Assembly (NCBI GenBank): GCA_041940205.1
Contig: JBGTSP010000002.1
Location: 1 to 63,861, forward strand
DNA from: Alphaproteobacteria bacterium
Lineage (GTDB): Bacteria > Pseudomonadota > Alphaproteobacteria > GCA-2731375
DNA: 63,861 bases
Direction of reading: 5' to 3'
Positions 27,980 to 36,651 of the stretch are shown here, piece after piece. Each line of letters starts with the position of its first letter. The stretch's first letter is position 1. A program made the position numbers and the translations under genes. The notes under the pieces were generated by a model. The model made no database searches, had not been told where the DNA came from, and saw only the letters and a list, made by a program, of their open reading frames with translations.

Positions 27980-29929
27980 TCAGGTCGACTCGTCGGCCTG
28001 GCGCCGTTTCGCCAGCCTTTCGCGACGATGTTCGCTTTCGAACGCGGACGCGAACCGCGGCCGGGCAAACCAGAACCAGAATACCAGCCGATGCAGGAAA
28101 TACAGGCCGGCCGCGAACGCCAGAATGCCCGAGCCCAGAAGCGCCAGAATCTCGACCGAGAACGTGGACAGGGAGGACACCAAGACCCCGAGGCTGCGTC
28201 GCTCACGGATGATCTCGATCGCGACGGATTTTGCCACGCCGGCCTCTTCTGTCCGGCCCTGTGCTTCGAAGCGGCGCATCAGGGTGAACGTCCGCCGAAC
28301 GGCCTCGGACGTTACGGCGTCGATCCAGTCCTTGTGGGTCGACAGCAGGATGTCCCTGTCTTCGAGCTGCCTGACGGTGTCGAAAAAGCGGGACAAGCCG
28401 TCATGGGATCCGGAGATCAGCCGCCGCCATTCAAGAAAGAACAGGAAATGATCGAGGTCCTCGCTTTCCTTCGCGGTGAACAGCGATGTCTCGGCAAACG
28501 GCGGAAAGCCGTTTCCCGACACGATGCGATCACTGGCCGCTTTGCGATAGGCCTGTCGTGACGGCGATGTCCTGCCGGCGGCCACCCTTGACTGCGGCCA
28601 GCGCTGCTGCAACGCCTTTCCATCGACCGCGGCCGACATCAGGGAAATCAGACGGGAGAAAGATGCCTCCCGATCCGAACCGCCGCGCTCGGCAGGGTCG
28701 ATCAGAAGGAGGCGCCGCCGAGCCTGCTCGTAGCGTTCGAGCAACGCCAGCATGAGCGCTAGATTGTGGTTCAGCAGACGATCGTTCCGGGCTCGAGGCT
28801 CTCTCTTGAGCAGGGGCGCCGCCGCCATGAAGGCGGTGATCAGGCCAACGTCCTCGTTCGCCGACGGGGTCCGGGCGCCGGGCGATGCCCCGAACCATTC
28901 GCGGTGCTGGCGGGTGCCGAGTTGTTCCTTCGCGGCCAGCAGGGTGTCTTCGAACCTGGCGCAGTCGCTCTCGAGTTCCGCCACCGCGGGCGGACAGGCA
29001 ACGACCCGGCTGGACAGAAGGCTTGCGATCAGGTCGTTCCAGATCGAGTAGACGCGCAGCCCGAGCGGCTCGACCTTCAGGTCGCTGAATTCGTCATAGG
29101 TCGAGTTGGGAGTTCGTTTGAGATGGCGGGGCAGCAGGGCCAGCGCCTGCCAGAACTGCAATATTCCGGCGCGCAGTCTGAGTTGCATCTGACGGGATTC
29201 GGAACCGGCCAGTTCGCGCACCGTGGTGAGCGCCATCGCGTAGTTGGTGGCAATCTCCGCCATGACGATGCGCGCCTCGTTCTTGTCCTTATTGTCGCTA
29301 CTGTACTTTCCTTCCGAAATCTGCTTTCTCCCGACGGCCAGTCGGGCCGCGGATTTCTTGAAATTCTCGAAGGCGGCGGCGTAGTTGCCACGCCAGAACT
29401 CGATCACACCCAGATTGTACAGGACTGGCCAGCGCACGTTCGATGACGGCACCGCGTTCAGCACCGAATAGGCAGTCTCCAGATCTGCTTTCGCTCTGTT
29501 CGACAATTCTCCAGGTGTCGGTCGGGGTATCCGATCGTTGAGGAGTATCGGCCGTAAAAGCGTGTCGGCCCGCTGCATCTCCTCGAGTCCCAAGCCCTTA
29601 CGGAACGCAAAGACGGCAGTGTCCTGGTAGATCGTCAGGAACGGCCTGAGATCGAACGCAAAGACAGCAAAACGGCGGTCGATCACACTCCCGAGGATCC
29701 GCCGCTCGACATCCGTCAGCTCGGGAAAGCCGCGCCATGGCAGTTCCAGAACCGTCTGCGCCTTCGCTCGCGCGCTGTCGGTCCGACCCTTCAGGACATC
29801 CGAATCCGCGTCGCCGAAAAAGACCCCGTACAGCGCGGCAGCCGCCACCGTCAGTATGCCGGTAATGAAAACCGAAATGATAAAATATCTATTGCGATAT
29901 TTGCCGACATGCGCATCGTCGCCCTGCAA
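27980..29929 (-). CDS. membrane-anchored helical-repeat (TPR-like) protein
   Basis: N-terminal TM (YFIISVFITGILTVAAAALYGVFF) and C-terminal TMs (ILALLGSGILAFAAGLYFL). The middle is helical with a TPR-like stretch (VLYNLGVIEFWRGNYAAAFENFKKS). TTG start as given by the ORF track, so the start is uncertain. Confidence 0.45.
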   Translation of the reverse strand: MQGDDAHVGKYRNRYFIISVFITGILTVAAAALYGVFFGDADSDVLKGRTDSARAKAQTVLELPWRGFPELTDVERRILGSVIDRRFAVFAFDLRPFLTIYQDTAVFAFRKGLGLEEMQRADTLLRPILLNDRIPRPTPGELSNRAKADLETAYSVLNAVPSSNVRWPVLYNLGVIEFWRGNYAAAFENFKKSAARLAVGRKQISEGKYSSDNKDKNEARIVMAEIATNYAMALTTVRELAGSESRQMQLRLRAGILQFWQALALLPRHLKRTPNSTYDEFSDLKVEPLGLRVYSIWNDLIASLLSSRVVACPPAVAELESDCARFEDTLLAAKEQLGTRQHREWFGASPGARTPSANEDVGLITAFMAAAPLLKREPRARNDRLLNHNLALMLALLERYEQARRRLLLIDPAERGGSDREASFSRLISLMSAAVDGKALQQRWPQSRVAAGRTSPSRQAYRKAASDRIVSGNGFPPFAETSLFTAKESEDLDHFLFFLEWRRLISGSHDGLSRFFDTVRQLEDRDILLSTHKDWIDAVTSEAVRRTFTLMRRFEAQGRTEEAGVAKSVAIEIIRERRSLGVLVSSLSTFSVEILALLGSGILAFAAGLYFLHRLVFWFWFARPRFASAFESEHRRERLAKRRQADEST

Positions 29930-29991
29930 CGCGCGCAGTTGCCGTTCACCGAGCTTGAACAGGGCCCCTCACCCTCCTCCGCGGGAAATGT

Positions 29992-31548
29992 TCAGAAAAA
30001 CAGATCACGAAAACGAGATCCCGAAAACCTGCGATGAAAAGCAGTCAAGGCCCGGCCGCGCCCGAAATATCCCAATCCCTTCGACGCCGCGCCATTTTTG
30101 CTCTCAAGTTGTTCCCGCAGCCAATGAAAAGCAGGATCTACTCCATAGTGCTCTGTGGAATAAAATACAGTATCTTCGGTTGGTTTTTCTCCATTCATGC
30201 TGAATTCATCGAACGCGGTAACAAAATCTATGCGAAAATCCGAAAATCTTTGCTGAATTACATTGACGATTGTGCTGATGGAGGTGCGTGAAAATTCGAC
30301 AGGATCAAGATCGTATGTTTCACCATATTCATGTTTTTGCTTGCGGTGGAGCAATTTCTCAAGCTGATCTGCTTGCGACATCAACAGCATTATCGGAAGA
30401 TCGACACGCCGCAGTTTTTTCAACGATTTGTCGTCGAGGTCGCTCGCCGTTATCCCCCTTTCCATCATTCCGGCCACACCGTTTTCCAGATTGGCGGATC
30501 GGGTGCGGCAATGGGCTATTGCGTTGGCAATATTCGTGAACGTGCTCTCGTGTTCGCGGAGTTTGCTATGGATAGCTTTGGCTCTTTTTTCCTCCGGATC
30601 TTCTTCCTCCGGATCTTCTTTCTCCGGGCTGCCTTGACCACTCCGGTCTGCGTCTGACGGCCTGGTGTTGAAATCAGGTTCAAGGGCCAGAATATCCGCC
30701 GGAACCACAAAAACGAACGCGTCCGATGCCGCGAGCAAGGCAATCATGTGGCGGGATTGCGAATCCGGGCTTATAGAAAACACGCGATCAAAAAGCGAGC
30801 TGAAGTCTTCGCCGGCAATATCCACAAGCAGGTAATTTTTTGCCGAATGCTTGCCCGCATCCTGGTCCGGCGCGTTCAGCTCGTGCACGAACCAAGCGCC
30901 CGGATCTGTATTTCCGACAATTTCACCTTCCTGTAGCGGAGGCACCGTATCGGGATCGGACTGTTGACGATCAAGGTAGGCGTCTCTGAGTTGCAGGTCG
31001 TATTCAACGCTCCAAGTGACGCGGTCACGTCCGTTCAGTTTGCCTTCGAGTGCCAGCTTCAGGATCCGGCGCAATAGCCATGTTTTTCCGGAGTTCGCGA
31101 AACCGACCACGGTGACGATACAGGTAGCGGGGTCGTCTTGGGCGCGGATAATCTTGTCCAGATTGTCCATTCGCGCGCCGCTTGGCGCCAAACGAGCCTC
31201 ATCCTGTGACGATGATTGCCCGTGGTTGGCGTCCGGAGGATTCTCGTCGATGGGCGCAGCCTCGTGCCCGATCCCGTCGAATTTGGTACCGCCGTTGGCG
31301 CCATCTCCAGCCAAATCATGGCCGGTGGCCGCCTTGCCGTCGGCAGACGCTACGTCATCGACGGGCGTGGCATCGATGTCGGGCGGATCGTCGACCGGCG
31401 GTTGCGCTGGCGTGTCCGCTCGGTCCGCGTCGTCCCCCGTCAGCGGGCCATCAGGCAACGATATTTCGAACGGCTCGCCACAATAGCTGCACAGTGGCGA
31501 CGCTTCGCCGTTATCGGCCTGCAGTTTGCCGCAATGCGGACATTCCAT
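29992..31548 (-). CDS. Zn-ribbon plus P-loop GTPase (paralogue A)
   Basis: MECPHCGK...CSYCGEPF zinc ribbon, an acidic low-complexity linker, G1 VVGFANSGKTWLL, G3 LVDIAGED, and G4-like LLMSQAD. An upstream TTG at 31569 is an alternative start. Confidence 0.65.
   Translation of the reverse strand: MECPHCGKLQADNGEASPLCSYCGEPFEISLPDGPLTGDDADRADTPAQPPVDDPPDIDATPVDDVASADGKAATGHDLAGDGANGGTKFDGIGHEAAPIDENPPDANHGQSSSQDEARLAPSGARMDNLDKIIRAQDDPATCIVTVVGFANSGKTWLLRRILKLALEGKLNGRDRVTWSVEYDLQLRDAYLDRQQSDPDTVPPLQEGEIVGNTDPGAWFVHELNAPDQDAGKHSAKNYLLVDIAGEDFSSLFDRVFSISPDSQSRHMIALLAASDAFVFVVPADILALEPDFNTRPSDADRSGQGSPEKEDPEEEDPEEKRAKAIHSKLREHESTFTNIANAIAHCRTRSANLENGVAGMMERGITASDLDDKSLKKLRRVDLPIMLLMSQADQLEKLLHRKQKHEYGETYDLDPVEFSRTSISTIVNVIQQRFSDFRIDFVTAFDEFSMNGEKPTEDTVFYSTEHYGVDPAFHWLREQLESKNGAASKGLGYFGRGRALTAFHRRFSGSRFRDLFF
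30591..30627. repeat. about 2.5 copies of a 15-bp in-frame tandem repeat inside GTPase A
   Basis: CCTCCGGATCTTCTT occurs at 30591-30605 and 30606-30620, then TCTCCGG. On the coding (minus) strand it encodes the acidic PEKEDPEEEDPEEK linker. Confidence 0.85.
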
Positions 31549-31607
31549 GCTCGGCACCCCGATAAGCAACCATCGGTAGCTTAACGGCCGCCGACAGCGA
31601 GTGCAAT

Positions 31608-33914
31608 TCAGAGCCGCGATTCGGCAAGTATGGAATTCAGATAGTTGAGAGAAGATGGGCTGTCTATGCGACGTCCCCTTGATGCCCGGCTTAATTCCTC
31701 TCTGTACTTGCCTTGCAGGCCTTGAAACTGTTTTGAATAACGTCTGCCGCGCTCATCCTTGGCGAGACGCTCACATGCCCGGAGCAGCAGGAGAAGAATC
31801 CGGGCGGTCAGTTGCTGCTGCCGCCGGTTGAGATCGCGAGCAGCCGGGTCGTTGGCCCTTCCCGGCCAGCGGAGCAAGACCTCGATCAGCGCATCGGGCA
31901 CCAGGTGCTGCTGCATCGTTCCGGCCTCCCGGGAGGACCGGAGATTCTGCACGGCCCCGGCGATGAACCGATCGATCAGGCCGCCTTCTTCGTCCGCTCC
32001 GTCAGCCAGGGCCTGCACGAGACGATCACAAAGGGCGAAGAAATCCGCATGTTTCTGTCTGGCGCCATGCAGGCGCGCATAGCGCAGATGCGGCGTGATG
32101 ACCGTGGCGACAACGCATATGTAGGCGTTCACCTGTGTGACGTCCGGGCCGTCGCCGTCGCGGGTGCAGAGCCGGCGGACGCAGTGCTCAGCAAGTGACA
32201 ACGCGACGGGTCTTCCAAGTTCTTCGACAAGAGCTGGCCGTCGCTGCACGGGATGCACCAGACCAGGCGCAATCGCCCTGGCGAGCTGGCGATCCAGGTA
32301 TTCTTCGCGCAGGCATTTGGTCTGCAATGCCAGTTTCGCGGCCGCATCGTGATCGAACAGCGGTTCGAACCGGCTCCAGATCAACAGAAATTGCACGAAC
32401 CGGTTGCGGCGAGATTCTTCCGGCTCGCCACCAAGAGCCTGCAAGAAACAGGCGGCGAGCAGCGAGAGCTCATTTCGATCGCGGTCACCGAAGGAGGTGC
32501 TCTGGCCCAGGGATGCGACGACGGTCTGCACCAATTCGAGCGCCGCTTCGGCGCCGATCCACGCAAACAGATCGCTCAATATCGTCGAAGCCAGGTCGAC
32601 ATCCGGTTCGGCCAGGTCCCTCAGCCAGGACCAGAAGGAATCCGGCGCCAGCAGGGCGCGACCGGAGGGGCCCACGATCATGCGCGCCGAACCCGGATCC
32701 CCTGCCGCCATCAACACCGCGAGGGCGGCCACGCGGTCGGCCTGCCGATGGCGATCGTCCTCGTCCCGTTGCTTGCGGGCCTGGACGGTGGCGATCACCT
32801 CGCCGGTCGATGGTTCCAGCGGATATCGTGTCCTCAGCAGTTCCGGGACGCCGGCGCACAGGCCCCGCCATTCATCTGGCGTGCCACTCTTCCAGATCGT
32901 CAGGAACTGGTCTCGAACGTGGTCCAGAAGGACATGCAGCGGACCGCCACTGGCAAGCCCATAGCGTTCGTTGTCCGGGTCCATCCTGGCCCGCAAGACG
33001 GTATCGTTGACATGGCGAGGGCGTGGTTCCACGGTGCCTGTCAATGCGGCATAGCCCATCCGGGCCAGCAGGACGCGGGCGGATCGCAGGCCGGTTGCCG
33101 GTGCATCCCACAACGAAAGCGAACGGATCGGTGGCAAGCTCGGGGCGACATCCCGACACCAGTCCTTCATCGGCTCGAAGAACGGGGCACCGATTGCCCG
33201 AACGTCGTCAAGTCCCGCAGCCACGCTTTCGGGCAGCGCCCGAGCCAGCAGATCCTTGTCCTGATCTCGAACGAAGCCCAGTCTGTACGGCAACGGACCC
33301 CGGTAGGCGGCTCGGGTGCAGAAAGTGAAGCGTCGGCGGTCGTCGACAGGAAGCAGGCGTTGCAGCGAAAGACATATCTCCAGCGGATCGAAGGTGTCGG
33401 TCTGCGGCAGCGATAGGGCCAGTCGGTTCCTGGCCAGCGCCGAGAGAAGGGCGATGACGCGTGTATCCATCGAAGCGAGAGAAACGGATTCCTTCAGCGC
33501 GCCCGACTGGCCTTGCGGCCCCACGAGCAGCGGGTCGACCTTCCTCTCCTTGCTCGTGCGTTGAAACAGCGGTTCGGTCAGCAGCTCGCCGGTCAGCCAG
33601 TCGCGCGCGTCGAGAGCGTCGGTCGACAGCACCACCCCCACGCTGAGAAAGTCTGGTCCCCGCCGGCCCTTTCCCAGATACCGGGTCCGGGACAGCACGT
33701 GCACCGTATCGTCGACGGGGTAGAAGGCGATGATGTCGCGCCAGTGTGCCTCCGGCGTGTGTATCGCCGGGGTTCCCGACAGGAAACCGATGACATCGCG
33801 CCAACGGTCAGAGAAGCGCTCCGACGTGGCGATGAAGTCGTAATCCCCCAGACCGGAAGCCGATCCGTAGACGAACGTCGGACAGGAAACGGTATGCTGA
33901 ATCTGGTCGCTCAC
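31608..33914 (-). CDS. large helical partner protein of GTPase A (paralogue of 44715-47372)
   Basis: 768 aa, GTG start. The N-terminal IQHTVSC...VHVLSRTRYLGKGRRGPDFLSVGVVL parallels QLHYTSC...IVLTSTVYAGLDYSGREGNCFAHSLVF in the 885-aa protein. The rest is Leu/Ala/Arg-rich helical sequence. Confidence 0.5.
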   Translation of the reverse strand: MSDQIQHTVSCPTFVYGSASGLGDYDFIATSERFSDRWRDVIGFLSGTPAIHTPEAHWRDIIAFYPVDDTVHVLSRTRYLGKGRRGPDFLSVGVVLSTDALDARDWLTGELLTEPLFQRTSKERKVDPLLVGPQGQSGALKESVSLASMDTRVIALLSALARNRLALSLPQTDTFDPLEICLSLQRLLPVDDRRRFTFCTRAAYRGPLPYRLGFVRDQDKDLLARALPESVAAGLDDVRAIGAPFFEPMKDWCRDVAPSLPPIRSLSLWDAPATGLRSARVLLARMGYAALTGTVEPRPRHVNDTVLRARMDPDNERYGLASGGPLHVLLDHVRDQFLTIWKSGTPDEWRGLCAGVPELLRTRYPLEPSTGEVIATVQARKQRDEDDRHRQADRVAALAVLMAAGDPGSARMIVGPSGRALLAPDSFWSWLRDLAEPDVDLASTILSDLFAWIGAEAALELVQTVVASLGQSTSFGDRDRNELSLLAACFLQALGGEPEESRRNRFVQFLLIWSRFEPLFDHDAAAKLALQTKCLREEYLDRQLARAIAPGLVHPVQRRPALVEELGRPVALSLAEHCVRRLCTRDGDGPDVTQVNAYICVVATVITPHLRYARLHGARQKHADFFALCDRLVQALADGADEEGGLIDRFIAGAVQNLRSSREAGTMQQHLVPDALIEVLLRWPGRANDPAARDLNRRQQQLTARILLLLLRACERLAKDERGRRYSKQFQGLQGKYREELSRASRGRRIDSPSSLNYLNSILAESRL

Positions 33915-33952
33915 TGTGTCACCGAGCCAGGACCATCGCTGGTATCGGTTTT

Positions 33953-35392
33953 CTATTTTCCATTCGAGTCAGATATTTCGATCAGCCTCTTGTTCACCAG
34001 AACATGACCCAGAAAGATGAACATTTCCCTAATGAACGGATCCGAATAATACACCATTTTACCACTTTCCGGTTTAAACATAATGGCCATTGAACTGTTA
34101 TTGTTATTCAGATGTTTCTTAATCATATTGAATCCATCGAATGTCGGCATGCAATCAATTGAAGATTTGAGAAATTTTTCGACCATATTTCCATACTTGC
34201 CGTCAATTTTTGAAGCCCCGGTTGCGGATTCTAGAAAATTGTCGGCATCACATCCCTCAAGCTCAATTTTTTCTTTAGATTTTTTGTATTTATCAATTGT
34301 TTCTATTAGTGCATCGATGTTTATTTCGTGATATACTATTGATGAGGCGATCATTTGAATAGAAAGCAAATTATTTCTAAATAGTATGTTTTCAGTGTTT
34401 TTCTCCACGTACCGTTTGCACCGCGTCATCCAATCAGTTTTATCAATGAAGTTTATATATTCAAAGTCATTCGCACAATACTGCTGAACGAAAGGCAGTC
34501 GCTTGCCTGATTCTTCTTCCAAAAAAATATCAATTTTAATAATATCACGATAAGCAAACAATAAAAGCTGTGTTCGGCAGGTATTATCAGGATGAGTGTC
34601 GTAGGGGTTGCATGTTTGCAAGGCGCGCAGTTTCCTCTTTTCAAATATCTCCGCGTCTTGGTCGAGCCGTTCGTTTGCGGAAACTGCAGATTGGCCTTCT
34701 GTCTGCCTGGCCGTCGTCGCCGAGTGTGCTTCCGAATCAGAAGCTACTGTCGCGGCCGGTCTGTCCCTGAAAAGGTCACCGTTGGTAAACTCCAAGACGA
34801 AATACGCCGACACGACGATGATCACGACGCCGGCAAGAATGCCAATGGCACGTCCTTCTGTGAGCCATGGCGCCTGCAATTGTGCTGGCTCGCCGTGCTG
34901 AGGGTCCCGTTGTTCAGGGGGGCCGCTATCCTCCGTCGACGACGGCGTCCCAGGCTCCGGTGTCGCTCCTGCCGGATCGCGATCCGGTCGCGGCCGGTCA
35001 AGCATCGTTGCGTCTGGCGTGGCATGTCCGTCGGGCTCTTGCTTCAGCGCCGCGGCAACGGCATCGTGCAACCGATCCAGTCGTGACTTCAGTCCCTCAA
35101 GTTGACTTCTGCCATCAGCTTCGTTCCGATGAATGATCTTCTCGAGACCCTGAAGCTGATCGCTGAAGTGCGCTGTCTGTTCGTCGAGGCGCTTTGCGAG
35201 GTCGGTGTCGAGATGCTCGCTCTTGAAACGAAGCAACGCCGTGTCGAAGGCGTTCTGAACAAACCCCTGTGCTGAGCCCTGCCCGCTTCTGTCCAGCAGG
35301 TACAGAAAGTGATGCAACAGCCGGACCGACAACTCGTCGATATCCGGATCGCGGTTTGGATCACTGGCGTTCGGGTCGGTCTGGTCACTCAT
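33953..35392 (-). CDS. single-pass membrane protein: cytoplasmic coiled coil, TM, and an AT-rich-encoded Cys-containing ectodomain
   Basis: RBS GGGGAGA before the ATG at 35392. TM AIGILAGVVIIVVSAYFVL lies mid-protein. The C-terminal ~210 aa (33953-34600) are encoded by strikingly AT-rich DNA and are Asn/Lys/Ile-rich with several Cys. Confidence 0.55.
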   Translation of the reverse strand: MSDQTDPNASDPNRDPDIDELSVRLLHHFLYLLDRSGQGSAQGFVQNAFDTALLRFKSEHLDTDLAKRLDEQTAHFSDQLQGLEKIIHRNEADGRSQLEGLKSRLDRLHDAVAAALKQEPDGHATPDATMLDRPRPDRDPAGATPEPGTPSSTEDSGPPEQRDPQHGEPAQLQAPWLTEGRAIGILAGVVIIVVSAYFVLEFTNGDLFRDRPAATVASDSEAHSATTARQTEGQSAVSANERLDQDAEIFEKRKLRALQTCNPYDTHPDNTCRTQLLLFAYRDIIKIDIFLEEESGKRLPFVQQYCANDFEYINFIDKTDWMTRCKRYVEKNTENILFRNNLLSIQMIASSIVYHEINIDALIETIDKYKKSKEKIELEGCDADNFLESATGASKIDGKYGNMVEKFLKSSIDCMPTFDGFNMIKKHLNNNNSSMAIMFKPESGKMVYYSDPFIREMFIFLGHVLVNKRLIEISDSNGK

Positions 35393-35638
35393 CGCTCATC
35401 TCCCCGCGATGCCGGCGTGACTGCTTGACGGGGTGGCGATAACCCGCTCCTTCCTCCCTCCTGTTCCAGCCACACTTGCAACGACACGATCCGACGCTGC
35501 GACCGGTGCGAAGCAACCTTCCGGAATCATCTGGCATTGAACCGGCGACCCGCTTGAACTGTCTGGTCCGGACAGACGAACAAAGTAAACAGGTCAGACG
35601 ATGCAGCGGTTTGCGATGTCTTGTCGAGCGTCATGTGC

Positions 35639-35666
35639 TTGCGCGCCTTAGGTTGCGAAGTATGAT
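35639..35666 (+). promoter_or_regulatory. candidate sigma70-type promoter for the plus-strand operon
   Basis: TTGCGC-N16-TATGAT lies about 35 nt upstream of the AAGGAGG RBS (35689-35695) and the ATG at 35700. Confidence 0.3.
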
Positions 35667-35699
35667 GGTAGAGTCTACCTCTTGTTGCAAGGAGGCCGC

Positions 35700-36578
35700 A
35701 TGGGCACCGACGGTGACGGCGATTTGGAAGGCGCTGCAGGTCAGGTTCGCCGTGGGGAACATGAAGACATCGGAAGCTCCGACACGCTCGCAGCGACAAC
35801 GGATCCGCCTTCTCCTGAGCCGCGCGAAGATCAACCGGCGACGGAACCGTCCCGATCCGATAGCGAGGGGGCCGACCCGGCCGGAAGCAGGGGTGAATTC
35901 GGGTGTCCTCACGAGCCGCCCGCGGCGGCGGCGTTCAACTCTTCCGGTTCGCTGCAGGGAGAACTTTCCGCCTCCACCGACCCGACCGTTGCTGACGAAG
36001 GGAAACCGGCAGACGGTGAAAGCGGTTCGCAGGAGCCTGCGCATGAGGAGAATTCACTCCTTCCGGTTCTGACCAGGCTTGCGGCGCTCGAGAGCGATCT
36101 TGCGGCTTTTCGTGCTGCATTCGACGAGCGACTGCGAACCGATCGGTTCCGGGAAGAACAGGTGGCCAAGCTGCATGGAGAACTCCAGAACTACAAGACG
36201 GATTTCGTCGGCGCTCTGCTGGAGCCGGTGCTTGGCACTCTGGTCAATCTGCACATTGAAGCAAGCCGACTGATCGAGGCGTTACAGGTGGACGCGGATG
36301 CCTCGATCAGCAAGCGGGATGCCGCAGAGCTCCTTGACAGTTTTCGGGAGGATGTTCGATCGACTTTGCAGGTGCAGGGCGTCTCGGTCTTTCAGGACAG
36401 GGAGACCGGTGACACCTTCAATCCCCGTCGACAGCAGGTCCTGAACTCCATCGCCACGGACGACGTGACGCGGCACGGACTCATCGCGCGTCGTGTTCGT
36501 CCCGGGTTCGAGCGCGGCTCTTCCCTGCTTCAGAAAGAACGAGTCGATATCTATGTATCGCCAACAGTGAAGTCATGA
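35700..36578 (+). CDS. GrpE-like nucleotide-exchange-factor homologue with a long acidic/Pro-rich N-terminus
   Basis: Coiled-coil segment LESDLAAFRAAFDERLRTDRFREEQVAKLHGELQNYK. LLEPVLGTLVNLH matches the GrpE 'lLpvlDnler' position. C-terminal GDTFNPRRQQVL...GLIARRVRPGFERGSSLLQKERVDIYV matches GrpE 'fdP..HeA...G.v..v...GY....llR.a.V.V'. Confidence 0.6.
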   Translation: MGTDGDGDLEGAAGQVRRGEHEDIGSSDTLAATTDPPSPEPREDQPATEPSRSDSEGADPAGSRGEFGCPHEPPAAAAFNSSGSLQGELSASTDPTVADEGKPADGESGSQEPAHEENSLLPVLTRLAALESDLAAFRAAFDERLRTDRFREEQVAKLHGELQNYKTDFVGALLEPVLGTLVNLHIEASRLIEALQVDADASISKRDAAELLDSFREDVRSTLQVQGVSVFQDRETGDTFNPRRQQVLNSIATDDVTRHGLIARRVRPGFERGSSLLQKERVDIYVSPTVKS

Positions 36579-36599
36579 TGCATGGATTGTCATGATGCA
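36572..36599 (+). repeat. 11-bp direct repeat GTCATGATGCA x2 (6-nt spacer) spanning the grpE-like stop codon, followed by a T8 tract
   Basis: Copies at 36572-36582 and 36589-36599 are identical. T8 lies at 36603-36610. Only a weak 5-bp stem (TGCAT/ATGCA) can form. Confidence 0.85.
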
Positions 36600-36651
36600 C
36601 CGTTTTTTTTCATTATTGATCTCCTAATTTGTATGCAATTCCGGGGGTAAT

